From Paramecium tetraurelia (taxonomy: Eukaryota), in NCBI GenBank assembly GCA_000165425.1, contig CT868649.1, positions 1 to 64,000 of the forward strand: a stretch of 64,000 bases of DNA, written 5' to 3'. Of the stretch, positions 1 to 13,905 are shown piece by piece. Below the pieces are notes generated by a model. It worked only from the letters and a program-made list of their open reading frames with translations, searched no databases and was not told the DNA's origin. A program made the position numbers and the translations under genes. Numbering within the stretch: the first letter of the stretch is position 1; each line of letters starts with the position of its first letter.

Positions 1-100
1 CAACCCACCCAACCCCAACCCCAACCCCAAACCCAACCCCAACCCCAACCCCAACCCCTTTCCCAACCCCAAACCCAAACCCAAACCCAAACCCAAACCC
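1..100. repeat. Macronuclear telomere, mixed CCCCAA/CCCAAA repeats (G4T2/G3T3)
   Basis: Tandem hexamers at the window start; the C4A2/C3A3 mixture is characteristic of Paramecium telomeres. Confidence 0.97.
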
Positions 101-142
101 ATTAACCCTGAAAATCCAAGCGGTGAATTCCGGAAGACCTTC

Positions 143-260
143 ATACCCAATTACCTGATTTTTGTTGCTTGCTAACCTAGGTGACCCAACTGTTTTGCTT
201 GACCTTGTATCTGCCTGTTGCTGTATACCCAAATACCTTTTTTTGCTTGCTAACTCAGGG
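143..260. repeat. Degenerate subtelomeric direct repeat (atacccaa.tacct...ttgcttgctaac)
   Basis: Two clear copies at ~143-176 and ~226-254, with a weaker one at ~183-205. Confidence 0.55.
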
Positions 261-280
261 AAATTTATCACATGGCCACT

Positions 281-300
281 CCCAAACCCAAACCCAAACC
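281..300. repeat. Interstitial telomeric repeats (CCCAAA x3)
   Basis: cccaaacccaaacccaaacc, 180 nt inside the terminal tract. Confidence 0.8.
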
Positions 301-442
301 AGATTCCAACCCCAGTTCAACCTTAAAATTAATCCCAACAGTCATTATGAACCCATTAAGAAATTGTCCATAATTATTTTTATTATATTCATAAAACAAT
401 AAAGGATAATCTTAACATAAGTAAATTTTGTTCTCCTTATTG

Positions 443-1179
443 ATGAAAAAAATGACTCAAGTTCATTCCACTTATATCAACATTATCAAATTTGATCCAT
501 TTAAAATACATCTTACAAAATTTCAGCCAATTAAGGAAGAATTGTTATCTCAAAGAAGTATTCTAATAATTTAATAGACTGGGATTTTTAGCAATTCCAA
601 ATAAGTTAGTTAATGATGATGAGAAAAAGAATTTATTCTAGCGCAAAAAATAGTTGTAATTTTTAGAGTTAAAATTTCTAAAGTTTAACACATGTAATAA
701 ACTTTGAGATTAAGATTTATTCATCAAAAATATAACAGCAGAGTTAGATACTGTTTGATATAGAAGTTGAAAAGTTTATAAGATTAAAAGAAATTTAGAG
801 ATTTTATGAAAAAATTGTTAGGCTTCAAAAGATAACTCATGAAAGTAAAAGTTTCGAAGAATTGGATAACTCTTAATAAAAATAGTATAAAGTTTTACAT
901 TATGCTAACGAGTAATCGTTATCAGAATAAAATTATATTGAGAGATTATGAGACTAAGAGAATTTAAAAAAATTTAGTCGTCATTAACCAGAAAATGCGA
1001 CACACACATCAACTAAAACATAACTTATATAAAAATACTACCTTATCATGATTAGGATAACTTCGAAAGATGATTGCAAGTATACCATATAATAAACTTT
1101 AAATTATGACAGTATTTAAAATAATTCTACAAATAAATTAGCTGATTTGCAAAAATTTATGGCTGAACTGTCTGTATGA
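443..1179 (+). pseudogene. Degenerate coding-like remnant
   Basis: E/K/Q-rich frame from ~700 (FDIEVEKFIRLKEIQRFYEKIVRLQK...) broken by an in-frame TGA at ~949; boundaries approximate. Confidence 0.3.
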
Positions 1180-3491
1180 TTGATGAAGCGTGGTAAAATA
1201 TCTCAAAATACATTCTCAATAATAGTGTTCCAACTATCTAATGTATATTTTAAATTAAAACTCCCACATTTACATATGTAACTTCAAATACAATGAATCA
1301 TCAACCACATTGTCTCCTACTGCAATCTTAGCATGCTTAATTTTTCTTAATATAATGTTAGGAAGCTTAAAGTATCTCTAAATGTACTTCTTATTTTACT
1401 AACTATGCATTTATAATAAAATTTGACTCATGCATTGTGAATATATATAAATATATATCGTAATGCTCAGCTCTTTTTAATGCTTAGCAATTATCCTACA
1501 GCATAAGCATTTCTAAATAAATAGTACTTAGCCCGAGACATCAGACCAAGCAAAAATTCTGCATATCATTTAAGAAACATTTTTTGCTGTTGTATTAAAG
1601 AATAGGAATTTGCACTTTTTGCGTAGCTCTTCTGTGGTAGATTGAGAAAGGTGATTTTGAATTCTAAGGCTTATCTCGTTTATTTGCACTAGCGAATCTA
1701 ATTACTATGTTGATGATAGTAATATTGGCTAATTACGAATAAATGTGTTTTGCCTCGCAAAGTCTTCATTACATCAAATTAAAGCAGATTGTCAAAAATC
1801 TAGTTAAAGAAATTAGTTCCAAAAATATAATAAAATTTGCAATAAGATGAAATTGCTTAGTCTCCATTCACAAATTGCTTTGAGCGAAAGACACTTTCAT
1901 TAAGAAGAACTATAAAATTAAATTCATGAACCAAGAATCCATTTAATCTCATACACTAACTAATTAATACTTTTATTTCAGAGTATTGCTTTATAATAAA
2001 TTATGAATTAGAAATCCTCCTTGTAGAGATTAAAAAATATCTTCATTATCCCTTTTATTTTGAAATCTTATAAATTCAAAATTTTAAGGGTGCTTCCATC
2101 GGCCGAATATGGATGGAAGATTTTCCTAGCTCCAAAAACCGGAGTATGAGTGCATTTCCTTTTAAAAAACCTTTATTCATTTCACTTAATTTTATGACTC
2201 TAAGAGTCCTAAATTATCCAAACTAATTTAAATTTGAGATGTTATTAAAAAAAATTATTTCTTATCATTTTTCATATTTTGAAGATCTTTTCCTATTGAT
2301 TATGATGTGCATGTTCGAGAGAGCCAGGAAATTGATACTTTGCCATTCCTAATTCCTTTAATTAGGATTTAAGTCTCTAATTTCTAAGGTTGATATGATT
2401 CTTTTTGAATTTAACTATAATCACCAACTCACGGTAAAAATATTCTCATAAGTTTAGGAACACAAAACTAATACCCGAATATTCTGAAAATTAATTGAAT
2501 ACTTAGACTGTCTATGGAAAAAAGTTTGAAAAGTTAAAAATATGGAGAAAGCAAATGGATGGTGGAAAGTAGAGTAACAGGAATAATAGATTAAAATACA
2601 CAACTATTTTGTAATTGTATTTGATAGAATTCTATAATAAATTAGTGAATTAATATTTAGCGATCCAGTCTTAGATTCTTCTTTTTAGTGAATCAATATT
2701 AATTGAAAAAAATAAAATTGATTAAGCTAAAATTAAAAAATATAAACAATCAAATTGGGAAGACTAGCAAACTAGCAAAAACTAGCAAAGGCATTTCCAA
2801 AATTCAATTTGAAAAAGGAAATCAAAGTGGTTCTTTATCCACTTAGTTATTCTTAAATGTAATTCGAACAGTGCAAAATCTGCTTTTTTTTCATCTGAAA
2901 TCAAGTTTACGAAATTTTCCCATGATTTGTTGTTCAATAGAAAAATTTAGAGAATACTCACTTAAGAACTTTAGATTCTCTAGGGCTAATGTTAGGGGTT
3001 ATTTATTAAATGATTTGGGTAAAAAATATAAATGTGTAAATAAAACAAATATAACAAAAAATAGAATAAAATATCATACCAAATACATAATATTGTTATA
3101 TATATATATTGGATAGTAATTATTATTTCTAAAATCTATTTAGTTTAATAAAATATTTTGGTTGTACGAATGTGAACTCCAAAAATTATTAGATAAAACA
3201 TAAACACACAACAGTCTGGGGTCAATGAAGAAATTAGTGAAGTATACTCGAGATTTAAATAAAGACATGGCGTAATTAAAATCATATATGTTTTGTTATT
3301 TAAAATTAATCATTTTGCCAGCCCTTTATAGTTTACCTTGCAACTATTTGATTTCATTTTAGAATGTCAATTCAATTCTTTTCTCTAAACTCTTATTTCA
3401 TTATCATTAAACATTACCTTATAAATTTATTTTTCTATAATTTATTTGTCATATAAAATAGGTAATTTAATTAAAAAGATTTATTAATAAT

Positions 3492-4710
3492 ATGATCATT
3501 AAGTATTTATCTAGGTCCTTTTTTCAAACTTCAAAAGCTGTTCGCTTTACATTTGATGAGATCCAAGACTGTAATAGCAATTTAAACGAAAAAATGGAGG
3601 TAGCGTATGGTTCTAAAGGTTTGGGTCTTGCAATTGTTAGTGGAATTCCTAACTATTCAAGAATGCGCCATTAGCTCTTGCCTCTTGCTCAAAAATTGGC
3701 TAGTTCGCCATAAGAATACTTAAAAACACTTGAATAACCTGAAAGTTTTTATACTAAGGGATGGAGTTGCGGTGTGGAATAGGTATTTTCAATTAAATAT
3801 ATAAGTTCAAAGGGAAATTTGATAAATCTAAAGGATCCTTCTATAATAACCCTATTTATGACGAATTCCAACCTTTAAGTATGGAATTTTAGGATTTAAT
3901 AAACAGGGGGAAGCTTATTAGAATACCTAATGTCTGGCCTAGAAAACACATCCCAGAATTAGAAGGAGCTTTTAAAAATTTAGGTCGCTTGATGGTTGAT
4001 GTAGGGGCTTTGCTAGCTTATCATATAGACAAATATATTCATTCAAAATGTAATACTTATGAAATGGGAAAATTGTATCGATTTATAAGAACTGGTGATT
4101 CTCATGTTGGGAGGTTATTACATTATTTTGACGGACCAAATACTGAAGAGTGGTGCGGATGGCATAATGATCATAGCGCATTAACAGCTTTAACTTGCCC
4201 AATATACATGGATTAGGATAAAACTATGGATTATTAAGATAAAGAAGGTGGTTTGTTGCAAAAAANNNNNNNNNNNNNNNNNNNNNNNNNNNNNNNNNNN
4301 NNNNNNNNNNNNNNNNNNNNNNNNNNNNNNNNNNNNNNNNNNNNNNNNNNNNNNNNNNNNNNNNNNNNNNNNNNNNNNNNNNNNNNNNNNNNNNNNNNNN
4401 NNNNNNNNNNNNNNNNNNNNNNNNNNNNNNNNNNNNNNNNNNNNNNNNNNNNNNNNNNNNNNNNNNNNNNNNNNNNNNNNNNNNNNNNNNNNNNNNNNNN
4501 NNNNNNNNNNNNNNNNNNNNNNNNNNNNNNNNNNNNNNNNNNNNNNNNNNNNNNNNNNNNNNNNNNNNNNNNNNNNNGTTCCAAAAGGCATAGAGAAATC
4601 TAACGCTCTTAATAAAATTCGCATACAACATCCCTCCTCTTTTGGAAAGATGGGATGAGGACATGACTTATTTAGAGTATAGCTCAAATTGCTTAAAAGC
4701 ATATTCATGA
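3492..4710 (+). CDS. 2-oxoglutarate/Fe(II)-dependent oxygenase family protein (spans assembly gap)
   Basis: GRLLHYF and CGWHNDHSALT (HxD iron motif); intron 3783-3805; C-terminus PPLLERWDEDMTYLEYSSNCLKAYS* needs a 1-nt correction near 4615. Confidence 0.8.
4266..4577. other. Assembly gap (312 N)
   Basis: Run of N. Confidence 1.
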
Positions 4711-5227
4711 TTAGAAGTGACAAATGGACTAATTATGAATCAATATTATTTAATTAAAAATAATCCTAAAAAAAAACTGCTTATATAGAAAAATTCTCTT
4801 ATAGCACCTCCTTTATTCATAACAAAATTAAAAAGAAAGAAAACTCTTAATAATTATGAAATTAATCTCTGGTTTTTAATATTTTTCTCATAGATGATTA
4901 AGTCGTTATAACAAAAGGGATTTATTGAATCACCAAGTTCCACGACTCTATTATTATTTAATCAATATAGCATGTGAAGAGCATAATATTTGTGAAAAAT
5001 TTGTATCACTACTTTTATGATCTCTATTTAATAAAGAACTCCATAAAGAAAAATTGATATAGAAAATACAATTTATATTTGACTCATCTCTACGAATTAG
5101 GGTATTTTCAAAATACCTCTAGAAACAAATTCAATGAAAGGGATTAAGTATCTTCATTTTATAATTATTTATATATTTTGATATTTTTTATGGGTTTATA
5201 TGATGGTAAAATTAATTAATTACTCTA

Positions 5228-6574
<1,347 letters not shown>

Positions 6575-8387
6575 TTTCAAGTGTTTTATGATGTTAACTC
6601 TTAAAAAAATGATTATTCCTTTTCTGTTACCCTGGCTTTGAAACTGAGAAATCTTCAAGAAGGGGGTCGAAAATGTTATAAAAGAAATATTTTGAAAAAA
6701 TGATAAATTAATAAAATTTTCTGCAGTTAAGAAAAATTATTAGAATTTACAAAGAAAACCGTTGTATATTTTCTAATTATAATAGTTGTCATTGATCTTA
6801 AAAATAAGTTAGTCTAAATTAATTGTTCCAAAAATAAATTAGAAACGTACCTCAATACCACAATATGGTGCAGACCATGAAATAGCATAAAAATTAATAT
6901 ATAATAACTAGTTTTTTTGTACACCTTCTTATTAAAATTCGAATGAATTATTATCAACATTACTAAAATAATTATTAATTTTAATGAGAGAAGTAAAGAA
7001 TTTATATTGGTGTTTCGTTGATATCTAAAAGACATATATTAAATATCCTGAAAAAAGAGGCATTTTTTATAATTCTAATATCATTCAAGACATGCTTTTT
7101 CTGTGAATTTTTGGCAAAATCTAAAAAAGCAATATGAATTGAAACAAAAAGTAAAGTAATCTAATAGAGAAAGAATAAGAGATATATCTATTAAATTTTA
7201 TATTTTATTAATCTTAGTATAGAAATTACATCAGAAATAACTTAACTAATAGAATCACAAAATTGCGACCTAAATAACTAAATAAAGCCTTATTGTTTTC
7301 TAATTTATTGAAAAGAAGAGCTTCATTATTTTATATATCAGTATACTCTATTTCTTAGATATTTAACTTTTTATTTATATTTCAGATAGATAAGTTTTAA
7401 ATCAAAAAGATTCTTAAGCTTTCATTAATAATTAGGTCCCTTGTTCATCACTATAATTTTCAAACATGTGATTTGAACAAAAATAGAAGGAATACTAATT
7501 TAATATCAAAAAGTAAGTTAAAATAATCAGTTTCTCATTTAAGTTTTTGATTATTCTAGAAAAAGTATAATTTAATATTGAGTTAGATTAAAAAGCTTAA
7601 ATATTAATAATTGATGAGCGGACTTTTCAAAAATTGTAAGATAGTTGTAATATTATAGAAATGAAGAAAGTAACATAAATTATCTTAAAACATCCCTTAA
7701 TATGATTGTTAAACAAAAATTAAGCACAATTATAAAAATTAATTAAGATTAATATGCTCCCAAATCTCAGACTTGAGCTTAGTTAAACTCGTACGCTAAA
7801 TTAAATAGAAATAAAACATTTTAGATCTAACTTTTAAGGAGGTTTCATAAAATAAGAGTTCTTGAGTTTAAATTTTGACATAATATTTATTTTCTTTATA
7901 ATTCCTTCAATAAAAACTCTATATCTTAATGAAATTAAAGGAGAATGCATTTATAAAAATTTCTAATCCCAATATCAAACTTCAGCAAGTGTTTTCTTTG
8001 GAATTTATTCAAATCCTTTGGTGACTAATACATTTTTCTAATCTAAATTGTAATTCAAGATAAAATTCATCAAAATTCTGTTTACGATTTATTTTGAAAA
8101 TTCAATTCAAACATAGGCAAACAATGCATTCCCCTCAAAAAATTAAAATACTGAATTTACTCAAATAAATCTCTTTTTCGTAAGTAATAATATACTATAT
8201 GAGAATTAAAAATAGAGCATATTAAGGTTGTCAACTGTTTGAAAGACTATTAGAAATTTTAAGAGAAATATTATAAATCATGTAAATACGATGAAAAATC
8301 TGATTTATTTTGTTAATCGATTTATAAGCAAATCCTAAGAGTATTTTAGCATTTATAAATAAGAATTTATCTTTAATATTAACGAAT

Positions 8388-9229
8388 ATGGAGAATTTTA
8401 AACTTGAATAAATCGAAGATTATATGTAACAAATAGAAACATATTATTAGATCAGTTATGGAAATCAAGAAAGAAGATAGTAAAAAAAAGGGTTAACTAA
8501 AGTAAACTTAATAGTTGATTGAAAAGATTGATGATTTGAATTCTATTTCTATCATCTATAAATCCATAAAATAAGCTGAATAATACGATGCAGAAGTATA
8601 ATTTCTAAAAAATTTAAGTTATAAATGGTAGAGTTTTAATAAAAACTATAACTTGAAGAATTTGATGAAGCTTGGGAAGATCTTTACAAAATTGAATAAG
8701 ACAGAATTAAGGAAGCTGAAAATACTATCTACTCACTCCATTTGTATAATATTCTATAATCTTAGCAAGGAAATGGAATAATTATAAAAATAATTGCAGG
8801 AGTAATCTATTCCAAAAATTAAGTTTTCTTCAGATATCATTTAAAAATAAGCCTTGTATAATCAGTTATTCAGAGCTGGGCAGTATTATTAAATATGTAT
8901 ATAGTTATGCCGATGCAGATCTAGTTCAAAAAAAATTGTAAGAATAGATTGATATAGAAAATTAAAAATGGGAAAAATAACATGTTGAGAAAATAGAGAA
9001 TAAGTTAAATTAATTAACCAAAAAATAAATTAATGAGTTACAAGTCCTAAAATAGAAACTTAATAGTTAGATCTAATAATTCATTATAAATAGAGATAAT
9101 TAAAAACAATTATTAATAAATAAGTTGTAAATAATTAAAGTTGAGAAGGAACAAAAAATAAATTAAGATATTAGCAAGATGAATCAATAAGTTAACAAAT
9201 TATTATAAAAATTGTCGCAGCAATAATGA
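8388..9229 (+). CDS. Coiled-coil hypothetical protein
   Basis: Open in the ciliate code after removing 4 short introns; ...LEEFDEAWEDLYKIEQDRIKE... Confidence 0.75.
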
Positions 9230-10104
9230 ACATTATTGATAAAATTTTAGAAATCAACTAATCATTTATTCTTATTTCACATTTCTTCTTTCATTATTAT
9301 AATAAATTTTAGCTTTGATGCATATTTGAGTCTAGGTTCTTACATAAATTTGATTTTATTATTTTTCTCTTATGTCTATATTTTATATATCCTTTCTATT
9401 TTATGATTTGATTAATTCATATTTTTAAGTTTGTTAATTTCCTTATTTCTTTTATCTTACTTTAATTTTTCTTCTAATTAGAATTTTATTACCTACCTTC
9501 TTCAATTCACCTTATTTTCTTTGGAGATTCTCCTAATTACTTATCTGTAATCCATTATTTTATTTGACTTGGTTTCTTTAGGCATGTGATACCAAATATT
9601 GTCAATTTCTTTTTTTCAATGAAAAATTTTAAGACAGAGAATCTCTATGCACATTATGATTAAAAACAATAACTTTTGAATAATATTCATGACTCATATA
9701 TAAATTATTGATTAAAGTAAAGGAAGATAAGGGAAAATGTACTATTTTTTTATATTTAGTGTTTAATAGAGTATTATATTGACTAGAGAATTAAAAGATA
9801 GGATGTAGTAAGATTTTCATATAAAACAATAAAACTGAAATTAAGGATCATATTAGGGGGTCAAAAAAATGGAATAGGATTAATAATAAAAAAATCCTAA
9901 AATTCTTGCTTGATGAATAAGTTTTTGCTTAGAAAAATTCTTAAAAAAAGTAGATGGTGAATTTCAAATTACAATGTCAAAGCCAGACAAATTAGAATTA
10001 TTATTATTAGAAAAGTTACGGTAATATTACTTGATCACACAATAATTATATTAAGAAAGAAAATAATAATCATATCGTTTAATAGGTTAACAATAAATAT
10101 GATT

Positions 10105-11431
10105 TCATTATTATTGTTGTAGCATATTTTCACTTTCTGAAACTTTACCCCAAAACTATTCTGCAATTTATGAAAGACTAATTTCATAAGAAATAATATT
10201 CTTAATCATGCAGTAATATTGATACTGCTTTTCCCCCTTAAATTTATCTATCTCTATATATCCAACAAGAACAGTTAGAATATCGCAGATAAATTAATAG
10301 CTCTCAATTTCCTTTCCTACATCAGCGATTTGCTATTAAAGCTTAGCAACATTGTCTTCCTTTTTTCCTGTAGTAAATAATGTTCTAATTGTAGTCTTCC
10401 CTGCTAAAACTTCTTATAATTGCAATTATAACTCTTTTTAACGCTATTCTGCATTTGCTTTCTATTATTCATATTTTTCTCTCTCTTCAAATGTCTCTAA
10501 AAATGCCTTTAATTTATGTCTATTCATTACCTTCAACTATTTACCCTCTTTTCTAACTTCTTAATATAGCTATTAAAATTTAGGATCTTTCAATAGGTCA
10601 CACTAAATAATCGAAATATTGCATTACATACTAATTAATTAAGCCTTTGATTTCTTCATTTTGTATCAAATTTGCAAATATTAGTTTCTCTTTTTGTTCA
10701 GCATATTCTAACAAAACATTATTTTCATATTCTGGAACAAAGATTGTTATGAAATGAATTAAGGATGTTTAATGAGCTGATTTGGCTTCGGCGATATTTT
10801 TTGCAATTTACTTAAAATTTTAGACCATTGGCTAAATTTTCTTAATATATGCCTTGAAATCATTAATTTTCGAAATTATCTCTCGATTAATTTCTTTCTA
10901 GAAGTGAATAATTTTAATAGTTTACTCCAGATAATTCTGAGAATGATTCTTGATATTTATTGATAATTTCATCATTTGTTATTTTAGGAATAGATAACAA
11001 AGCCTTGTATGACGTCAAAAAATACTTTTTCAATTTCTCCAGGGGTTTTTAAGAAAATTTAAAATTCTTCTGAATACCATAAATATTTGAGAGTTGCTAT
11101 TTTCTTTAAAAATTCTTCGAGCATCAACCTTCTTTCATCAATAAATTATTATTCCATATTACCCTATAAAGATTAATAATATTTTTACAAAGGCTTTTCT
11201 TGGAGGAACAGGTGGTATATAGCATCCTGGCCATTTTGTCAAAAGAAATGATCTGATTGTCTTAAAATCGCTAAATCTTCTCTAAACATCGAATTGTCCA
11301 TTTTTATCCATTCCCTTCACAGTGTATACAATGTATTTATTTATTCCCGGTTATACTTTTGGATCGCAAACTTAGAGCACTATCTAACAGAAGAATTAAC
11401 ATCATACCTCAGTCTCATCAGATTAATCCAT
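10105..11431 (-). CDS. PX-domain protein (sorting nexin-like) with helical C-terminus
   Basis: YIVYTV...VQRRFSDF...WPGCYIPPVPPRK...FIDERRLMLEEFL. Confidence 0.9.
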
Positions 11432-11936
11432 ATTATTAAAAATAAGATATAAATATAATGAAGCCATAATTCTAATGTACTCTATTATATTCAAGATCAA
11501 ATAAATTGCGATATAAGATCTGTAAATTTAAATATGAGATAATACTTAAGTTCAAGTTGCCAACCCATAGATTAATATATCATGATTCTTGTATTTTTAT
11601 TTTTAATGGCGAATTCAAATTACTTCAAACATAAGACTTATAAGACTATACAAAATATATAGAAGAAAAGAAATTGTCATATTTAAGGTATTAGTATTCC
11701 AATTATTATATCTTTTGAAAAATTTCTGCACACCTTAATAGAAGAGACTAATATTTAGATTATGAATGTTAGATTTCTCATCAGTAATTTTTATATATTC
11801 TAATGATGCATTTGAAAGATGAGTTACTTTCTTAATGCTCTATATTCTGAAATGTTTATAATTTATAGGAAGATGGTATTTTAAGTATTAGATATAAATT
11901 ATTAATAAAAGAAAAGAACAAAGCTCTCTCCAGATT

Positions 11937-12279
11937 TCATTAATTGGGTATTATTTTCTCTTCCTTCTTTTCATCTTCCCTTTTTTCTTCATCAATAAAC
12001 ACTTGATGCTTGCTTTCTTCATCACATTTTGTATTCTTTTCTCTAGGTCTTCCTCTACTCCCATAATGCTTATCACTCGGAATCTATGTACCCGTAGGAG
12101 GTTGGCCGTCATGTTTAATTCTAAAATTTCTAAATGAAATACTTCAAATGAGTATATAATGCAGGATAACTATAGTAACCACGTCCACATCCGCAAGTGT
12201 AAGGTCTCGGATTTTCATCATGCTTCGTACATCTCCTAATGCGCTTCTTTGCACTCGGCTGGTCCTGCTATTATGACAT
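11937..12279 (-). CDS. Small C2H2-type zinc finger plus AT-hook protein (106 aa)
   Basis: YTCGCGRGYYSYPALYTHLKIKH followed by SRGRPR; intron 12121-12142. Confidence 0.85.
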
Positions 12280-12785
12280 CTATATATATTTTATTTAATT
12301 TATTTTATATATGTAAATCTCACAATTATTTACTACATAAGTAACGCTCTTTATTTTATTTTACTCTCAAGTCTACCCTTCCAACAATTCTCTAATCCAT
12401 TTTTGATTTTGATCTTAGCCTGTCTCTCGGATTTCACAAGCTTTTATTAATTTCCTTTGTTATTATATAATTTCAATTGTTTTTCTTGTTTTTTATCCTT
12501 CGATTATTACTCTCAGTTATTTAGAGTAATATGCTATTTATCTTTATTTTTTCTTCTTCAATTATAAATTTTATCCATAGAAATGATGATTACTATATCT
12601 CTCCTAACTTTTTTCACATTATTATTACTTTTTTCATACTTTTTTAAACAAAACCTTAGAATTAGGTTTAAAGGGATCTTCAAATTACCTTTTTATCTCC
12701 TTTCATTAATTGTATAATTTCATTATTGATTCATTTTATCGCCTAATTTTACTAATTGTATTTTAAACATAAATAAAAAAAATTA

Positions 12786-13710
12786 TCATTTTATTTTCCA
12801 TGCTTCTATCTCTCTAATGCTAAGCCTAGTATAGAAAGGTAACGAAACAGAGCTAGATAACTTGACATTTAATTATCTTAAGCAACTTAAACTCATTCCT
12901 TTTTCTTACAAAATATGAGGCAAAACTTCATAAGCAGCTGCCAATACATTTTATGTAATTTAATCTGGAGTTTATGCAACCCTTCCTATTTTGACAGTAC
13001 TAAAATATCATGTCTAAATTACTATACAGGGCCATTTCCTTATATAAAATAAGTGGAGTTTGATAATTCGTTTAATGCCTCTTAGGTAATATTTTCACAA
13101 TTAATTGGAAATGGTATTCTAAATATGAATATTCATTACTTTTTTCTATCCGTAGAAGATTTTTCCTAATCCTTTTGCCAAATTTCCATATATCTTTTAA
13201 TCACAAAAGAATTGATCATATTGATAAAGTAGTTTTCTCTTATCTGTGTAAGTTGGGGTATTTTTTGTTCAATTTACTATATCCAATTACCTTTTAAATT
13301 AAAGGAATATCAAATTCGCAAATTTAATCTTTGAACTATCTTTAAGGATTTGTGCTTATTATACAGAATTTAGAATTCATTTCCTAATTGTAAATTGTAT
13401 TTGGTAATTTTCTAATATTAATTTAACTCTTTTACATTTACACAGGCCTCAATGAATACCTGATCGGTTATTTGTTCAATACAATTTCTAAATAAATAAA
13501 GTCATCTTTGATGTCAAGGATATTTGCAGTATGAGTGGATTCTCTGTATTTCAATATAGCATTTATTGCCTTCTTAATTTGTTTTTAATCCAGGGTCACT
13601 AGTTTCCTTAATGATTGGCCTATTTTTATAATTCTAGTCTTTTTTATAGTCAAAACCTGCTCTTTGGTCTATTTCCTTTCCCCTTCTTCTTATTCAATAT
13701 TTTTGCCCAT
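12786..13710 (-). CDS. Ribosomal L1 domain-containing protein (RSL1D1/Cic1/Utp30-like), two apparent frameshifts
   Basis: QIKKAINAILKY, KVIGYSKLNKKYPTYTDKRKLLYQYDQFFCD, LGKIFY, TVKIGR, SVSLPFY; extra bases near 13256 and 13150. Confidence 0.8.
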
Positions 13711-13905
13711 AATTTATAATTATAATAATGTAATTAATTTAATGAGTAAAACAACGAATACTAGTCATTTGATAAACCAATGCTATTCATAGAGATTGGT
13801 ATTGTGATATTGGAATAAGTCGCAGCTTGATCAAATCATTATTTATATTTTGATGTCAAATAATTGAAAACAATTATCATATAATTTAGTATTCTAGGTT
13901 TAATA

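Noticed and set aside
181..402. 73-aa ORF with QTQTQT
   Set aside because: Translation of telomeric and subtelomeric repeats, GTG start
1441..2486. TGA-free stretches of ~90 and ~185 codons
   Set aside because: With a single stop codon such lengths arise by chance; no recognisable motifs
4605..4625. Frameshift in the 2OG oxygenase tail
   Set aside because: One extra A about 35 nt from a contig edge; most likely low-quality sequence
4190..4723. Five long ORFs in the supplied track
   Set aside because: Artefacts of translating the N gap
13140..13266. Programmed ribosomal frameshifting
   Set aside because: No Euplotes-type AAA-stop signal, and this mechanism is not established in Paramecium
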